Part shown: piece by piece, positions 50,943-55,542 of the stretch
How positions within the stretch are numbered: the first letter of the stretch is position 1
Layout of the letters: every line of letters starts with the position of its first letter
DNA from: Thermoprotei archaeon
GTDB taxonomy: Archaea; Thermoproteota; Thermoprotei; Thermofilales; B15-G2
DNA length: 55,542 nt
Direction: 5' to 3'
Assembly (NCBI GenBank): GCA_003650815.1
Contig: QMSB01000002.1
Location: forward strand, 1-55,542
Notes under the pieces: model-generated
The model's input: only the letters and a program-made list of their open reading frames with translations
Told to the model about the DNA's origin: nothing
Database searches by the model: none
Made by a program: the position numbers and the translations under genes

Positions 50943-51557
50943 CTACTTATTAGAGCTTAGAAGCTTTTCGTATTTTGAAATAATTTTAGTCTTTACTTCT
51001 TCGAAGTGCGACACTATATCCTCCGGCCGTAAACCTCTCTTAATATACTGAGAGAATTGCTTTTCGTAGAGACTCGGATCTTTCTCCAAGAGAAATTTTG
51101 CATACGCCGCTACATGTTCTCCTTGTATTCGCTCGTCTGAAGGGAAAACTTCAGGCGAGCAAGGTACTTTAAGTCCGGCATCAATAGCTCCTTTTATCAC
51201 TGCAAACACTTTTCCTCCCTTTACCGGTCTATGAAGCCCTATATCTGGAATAGCTTCCTCTATTCCCTTAAGCCTAGCTTTGTAGCCTGCAATAAGTCCT
51301 GTAAGGTAAGCTGCTGAAGTATTTGAACAGTCCCCCAACCAACCATATTTTTTAGCCAAAATTTTTGATGATATTCCTATGACTGTTTCATCTCCCTGAG
51401 GCTTCGCTTTCACTATTTGCACGATAATGTATTTTAGTGTCTTTCTTACAATTAGTCTGAGCTTACCTGAAATAATCATTTTTCTCCTTTTGTAATAGTT
51501 AGTTAAGCCTAGGCGTCTTCTTCTGAAAGGAACTCTATAGCGCCCACCTCTAGCCAT
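50943..51557 (-). CDS. rpl18: Ribosomal protein uL18
   Basis: [31 protein letters not shown]. Confidence 0.97.
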   Translation of the reverse strand: MARGGRYRVPFRRRRLGLTNYYKRRKMIISGKLRLIVRKTLKYIIVQIVKAKPQGDETVIGISSKILAKKYGWLGDCSNTSAAYLTGLIAGYKARLKGIEEAIPDIGLHRPVKGGKVFAVIKGAIDAGLKVPCSPEVFPSDERIQGEHVAAYAKFLLEKDPSLYEKQFSQYIKRGLRPEDIVSHFEEVKTKIISKYEKLLSSNK

Positions 51558-51562
51558 GGCTC

Positions 51563-52003
51563 TTACCTCTCCATAAGTTTATGTTCCTCGATATAAGCTT
51601 TTAAGTGTGAAACACTTCTGAAATAACCTCCTTTAGCCAGCCTGTAAAGCCTCCTATAGGTCTTTGGGCTTATTTTTCTTCTACTCTTTAGCTTTCTTAA
51701 AAACTTCCTTAAAGCTCTTATCCTAGCTACCCATAGTTCCTTTTCATCAAATCTTGGCCCCTTCCTTTTGCCAGGTCCTCGTCTTCTTCCCTTTTTCCTT
51801 TTTAACTGCCTTAATTTTATTCTGTACCTAGAGTTTCTTTTCTTGGGCTTTACTTTTATAACTCCTTCTTTGATAAGCTTTTTCACCTCTTCTCTAGTAA
51901 TTACTGTTACTAGTTCGTTGTGCTTAGACGGATCAATCCATATGCGAGATACTCCTACTCCAAGCACTTTTGCTGCCAGTCTTTTTACATGATCTACTGA
52001 CAT
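51563..52003 (-). CDS. rpl19e: Ribosomal protein eL19
   Basis: [35 protein letters not shown]. Confidence 0.97.
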   Translation of the reverse strand: MSVDHVKRLAAKVLGVGVSRIWIDPSKHNELVTVITREEVKKLIKEGVIKVKPKKRNSRYRIKLRQLKRKKGRRRGPGKRKGPRFDEKELWVARIRALRKFLRKLKSRRKISPKTYRRLYRLAKGGYFRSVSHLKAYIEEHKLMER

Positions 52004-52022
52004 CGTCTATGCACCTCTCCTC

Positions 52023-52448
52023 TTAGAGCTGAGGGTTTAATATTTTTATATTACGTTTCAATGCTTCTTCTATTATTTCTTTTCTTTTCTTTTTACCCAC
52101 TGTAGAAGCTATCCTTATGGCTTCTTTCCGAGAATCTATTTTCTCGAGATCCTTTACATTATAAACCAAAACTTCACGAAAGCCTGATGGATGATACCTC
52201 CTCACTACTTTAGGTGTCCTATATCCTATCTTAACTCTAGCAGGATAACCCTTTCTTTCAAGCCTTATCTTATTATCAAGTCCTTTCGGCCTTCTCCAGC
52301 TGCCACCTATTCTTTTAAATCTCCATTCGTCCATTCTCATGAATCTAGGCTTTTTCCTCTTCATGTATGTTTTTAGTATAAGCATTCTTTCTTCAAGTGA
52401 TGATAGTTCTGGTTTAATTTTAATCTGGGATTCAAGTTCCTCTTCCAT
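52023..52448 (-). CDS. rpl32e: Ribosomal protein eL32
   Basis: WRRPKGLDNKIR, HPSGFREVLV.N, IASTVG. Confidence 0.96.
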   Translation of the reverse strand: MEEELESQIKIKPELSSLEERMLILKTYMKRKKPRFMRMDEWRFKRIGGSWRRPKGLDNKIRLERKGYPARVKIGYRTPKVVRRYHPSGFREVLVYNVKDLEKIDSRKEAIRIASTVGKKKRKEIIEEALKRNIKILNPQL

Positions 52449-52458
52449 TTTCACCCCC

Positions 52459-52851
52459 CTAGTAAACATAAGCTATGAGCACTCCGCCTACACCTAGTTT
52501 CTTAGCTTCTCTATGAGTCATTACTCCTTTAGAAGTTGATACTATTAGTATACCTAAGTCTCTTGAAGGGAGATAACGTTTTTCCCATTCTTCGAATTCA
52601 TTCTTTTTAACAGGAAATCTTGGTTTTATTACCCCGCATTTATTTATTCTACCGAGTAGCTGAACTCTTAATTTGCCAGACCTTCCGTCATCAATGTACT
52701 CTATTTCTCCAATATATCCTTCCTTTTGCATGACACGAAGTACTTGTGCTATGAATTTTGATGCTGGGTATATTATACACTCCTTGTGTCCTCTTACCTC
52801 ATTATTCATTATTGTCGCCAGAGCGTTAGCAAGAGTGCCCATCAATACCAT
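52459..52851 (-). CDS. rps8: Ribosomal protein uS8
   Basis: [38 protein letters not shown]. Confidence 0.97.
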   Translation of the reverse strand: MVLMGTLANALATIMNNEVRGHKECIIYPASKFIAQVLRVMQKEGYIGEIEYIDDGRSGKLRVQLLGRINKCGVIKPRFPVKKNEFEEWEKRYLPSRDLGILIVSTSKGVMTHREAKKLGVGGVLIAYVY

Positions 52852-52904
52852 GAAATCCCCCTCAAGAAATTTACCTGCCTTCTATATACTTTTCTCTCGC
52901 GCTT

Positions 52905-53069
52905 TCACATGTACTTCTTAAATCCTATTTCTTCCGCTACTTCTCTAAAGCACCTTCTGCATAAATTTAAGCCATACATTCTTATTAATGCTTCATGAGT
53001 TCCGCAACGTCTGCATCTTCTAGACCCCTTTCCATATTTCCTTATCTTAGGTGGTCTGATTTTACCCAT
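52905..53069 (-). CDS. rps14: Ribosomal protein uS14 (not in ORF track)
   Basis: Manual translation [54 protein letters not shown]. Confidence 0.96.
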   Translation of the reverse strand: MGKIRPPKIRKYGKGSRRCRRCGTHEALIRMYGLNLCRRCFREVAEEIGFKKYM

Positions 53070-53073
53070 TTCA

Positions 53074-53640
53074 TCACCTTCTAGTAGTTTTAATTACAGC
53101 TACACCTAATACTTTTTCTAAAAATTCTATTGCCTCTTCTCTTGTCACAAAATGGTTCTTCCCTATACTAGACTTTCTGCGCTTTCTTCTAGCTACCCTA
53201 AACCCGGGCCTTTCTAGCGATATACAGACATCAAATCCGAAAATACCGACCGTGGGATCATACTTTACTCCCGGCAGATGAATATGCTCTTTTATTCCAA
53301 AGCAGATATTACCTCTTTTATCTACGCCGCTCTCCTTAATTTTGTAATCAATTACAGGTAAGACCTTCTCTAAAAATTTCAGCGCCTTTTCTCCACGTAG
53401 AGTAACTATACATGCTATATTTTCTCCCCTTTTGATGCCAAATTCCTTTATTGTACGTTTTGCTTTCCTAAATGAAGGTTTTTGCCCAGTTATTTCTTCA
53501 AGAACCATCGCCGCCTTCATTAAACGCTCTCCAGACTCTCCAACAGCCATATTTACAACTACTTTACCTAACACTATGCTTCTCATAGGGTGCTCTTTAG
53601 GCAACACCCAAGGCTTCTCTAACATATAACTTTTCGGCAT
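53074..53640 (-). CDS. rpl5: Ribosomal protein uL5
   Basis: [41 protein letters not shown]. Confidence 0.97.
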   Translation of the reverse strand: MPKSYMLEKPWVLPKEHPMRSIVLGKVVVNMAVGESGERLMKAAMVLEEITGQKPSFRKAKRTIKEFGIKRGENIACIVTLRGEKALKFLEKVLPVIDYKIKESGVDKRGNICFGIKEHIHLPGVKYDPTVGIFGFDVCISLERPGFRVARRKRRKSSIGKNHFVTREEAIEFLEKVLGVAVIKTTRR

Positions 53641-53642
53641 GA

Positions 53643-54386
53643 TTACATCACCTCAAATATCTTGATCTCAGGCTTATCCTTTCCTATGATAAATACATAT
53701 TCCATTATCGTTCTTAACTCTTCGCCCTTTTCAGTCTCTAAAGTTACTATTGCTTTAGACTTCTTGAATACTTGAGTACCTCCCTTTATTTTGCCTACCC
53801 TACCTACGTTATTTCCTCCTATTACTATTGCGTAAGCTCCTTCTTCAAATTTGTAATGTCCTAATAATTCTTGCCTGGGTATGCTTACTTTTATGGTATC
53901 ATAAGTTTTAAAGACATCTTCTTCAGGGTTCATTGGGTTGGCTACTTTAATTAAGCAGTTCCGTCCATCATGTAAGTTAAGCTGAATATTTCCTCCTTTA
54001 ACCGTAGTTTTGTTCTCTATTCTACACAACTTGAACTTAGCCTCCTCCTCGCTTATCGGAATAAGATCGAGAAACTTCACCGGATGCGGTAGAACTCTGA
54101 AGAACTCTCGTGAAGGAATTATTTCGATAACATCCATTAGACCTACTGGATACTTATAGTCTCTCCTTACTTTACCGTCGACTTTAATTTTTCCCTCTCC
54201 GAGAATAATTCTGGCCTCGCGCATAGTCTTAGCGTACTTCAAGTAGTCTCTCAGTATTATTCCGAGAGGTATACAACGTTCAAGGGGATGAGGCCCTGGC
54301 TTAGGCTTTACCGTCCAGTGATACTCTTTTCTGAGTATTCTCCAGAACCAGGGAGCTTTATGTCTAGTTAGATGTTTTGAAGTCAT
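53643..54386 (-). CDS. rps4e: Ribosomal protein eS4
   Basis: [35 protein letters not shown]. Confidence 0.97.
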   Translation of the reverse strand: MTSKHLTRHKAPWFWRILRKEYHWTVKPKPGPHPLERCIPLGIILRDYLKYAKTMREARIILGEGKIKVDGKVRRDYKYPVGLMDVIEIIPSREFFRVLPHPVKFLDLIPISEEEAKFKLCRIENKTTVKGGNIQLNLHDGRNCLIKVANPMNPEEDVFKTYDTIKVSIPRQELLGHYKFEEGAYAIVIGGNNVGRVGKIKGGTQVFKKSKAIVTLETEKGEELRTIMEYVFIIGKDKPEIKIFEVM

Positions 54387-54754
54387 TCTATCACCTGCTT
54401 TCGTTTAATTATTTCCTTTCTACGAGGATCTGATAGATCTAGCTTTGTTATCAATACTTTTGACGGGTGGATAGGCACATATACCGTGGTTCCGTCAGCC
54501 TTTTGCCTAGTAGCTCCTTCTATATAAATTCTCCTCTTCTTTAAGTCTGCTCTAACCACTTTTCCTTCATGTCCAGCATAGTCTCCTCTCAAGATAATAA
54601 CAGTATCCCCTTTTCGAACAGGTATTCTCTTTATTCCTAACTCTCGTCGAAGAGGCTCCGCCAGCTTCGCTGTCATATGTTTTTGCCGTCTATGCAGTGG
54701 GGCGTTGAAATAAAGGTACCTTTGCTTGCGAGGCTGTGTAGGTGAGGCTCTCAT
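54383..54754 (-). CDS. rpl24: Ribosomal protein uL24
   Basis: [27 protein letters not shown]. Confidence 0.97.
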   Translation of the reverse strand: MRASPTQPRKQRYLYFNAPLHRRQKHMTAKLAEPLRRELGIKRIPVRKGDTVIILRGDYAGHEGKVVRADLKKRRIYIEGATRQKADGTTVYVPIHPSKVLITKLDLSDPRRKEIIKRKQVIE

Positions 54755-54917
54755 AATATAACCTCCTTTGAAAGGATAAAAGCTAATTAATAAGGTTTGC
54801 TCCCATCTTTCAAGTCAGCTTACTTGGTCAGTATGTTTACTTGAGGATAAAGCTTCAGGACTCATGTTTATTTAAATAAGTTAATAAAACCTAAAAATTC
54901 TACTTATACTTGAGTAA

Positions 54918-55292
54918 TCATTTCTCCCTTTCCCGCATTCTTCTCTTGTAGTCTTCCTTTATCTTATTCCAGTCTATGTGCTCATGTATTATTGCCCTTA
55001 AATGCTCTTTAAGTATTTGAAGAGCTTTTTCCCGACCCAGTCTCCCAGCATTCCATGTCACGAAAGGCGAATAGAAGCGAGCAGACTCGAATTTCACATT
55101 ATCGTCTTCTATTTTGAACTTTATGTAACCTAATTCTCTTAGATGGCAGGTGTCATTAGGACACAATATATCTATTTCATTTAACTCTTTTTTCAGAAAT
55201 AGTAGCTTGTAGTCTCCTGGACTTTCTATTATTCTTCCACACGGGCACTGAATTTTAGCCTCCTGAACACTACTCTTAGCCAAACCTATCAC
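54918..55292 (-). CDS. Hypothetical protein with CPC...CPxxxC metal-binding motif
   Basis: 124-aa ORF with host-like composition; start uncertain. Confidence 0.7.
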   Translation of the reverse strand: MIGLAKSSVQEAKIQCPCGRIIESPGDYKLLFLKKELNEIDILCPNDTCHLRELGYIKFKIEDDNVKFESARFYSPFVTWNAGRLGREKALQILKEHLRAIIHEHIDWNKIKEDYKRRMREREK

Positions 55293-55464
55293 CTAACAAT
55301 CTACTACTTCCTACCTGTAATTTTAACTTTTTGTTTTAGCGAAAGAACACTTAAGCTGCGAGCTTTGCATATCCTCTGTAACTACTAATCGCTAAAGTGA
55401 AGTCTCTGCTGATACTTTACTTTAAGAAAATTACAAGCTATGGTAGCAGGGAGACCCCGCCTAG

Positions 55465-55542
55465 TGCGCCGGCCGGGATTTGAACCCGGGTTCACCGGCT
55501 TTCTTCGTGTAAATGCTTGGGAGGCCGGTATCCTCCCAGGCT
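55465..55542 (-). tRNA. tRNA-Gly(CCC), 5' end outside window, 17-nt intron at 37/38 (55501-55517), no encoded CCA
   Basis: Minus strand ...CCGGC CT CCC A[AGCATTTACACGAAGAA]A GCCGG TGAAC CCGGG TTCAAAT CCCGG CCGGCGC A. Confidence 0.9.

Noticed and set aside
8627..53629. Many 60-160 aa ORFs antisense to or overlapping core genes (e.g. 12330-12791, 26529-27002, 35668-36108, 37410-37787)
   Set aside because: Shadow ORFs of well-conserved genes with no recognisable motifs.
55441..55500. tRNA 3' end as an att site for the island at 1-5700
   Set aside because: No duplicate of the tRNA 3' sequence and no integrase were seen in the window, and the intervening 50 kb is core genome.

Overview
Archaeal chromosome segment (Thermoproteota; EF-2, TFE-beta and gene content look Thermofilales-like, which is inference). 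Positions 1-5700 are a compositionally odd, decaying accessory island: a surface glycoprotein, a broken membrane protein and HerA/VirB4-like ATPase, a PemK/MazF toxin-antitoxin pair, repeats and gene remnants. Positions 5700-55542 are core information-processing genes: NucS, TmcA, TFB/TFE-beta, CCA enzyme, KEOPS, exosome/proteasome, EF-2, a rearranged ribosomal-protein cluster and an intron-containing tRNA-Gly. The main finding is that the essential ribosomal protein uS5 gene is interrupted by a 23-nt insertion (50013-50035) that folds with its flanks into a perfect bulge-helix-bulge motif. Cutting at the canonical tRNA-splicing-endonuclease positions restores the conserved RQTD|AGE frame exactly, so this is a candidate tRNA-type mRNA intron. 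The rps5-rpl30 pair is also inverted and has its own promoter.
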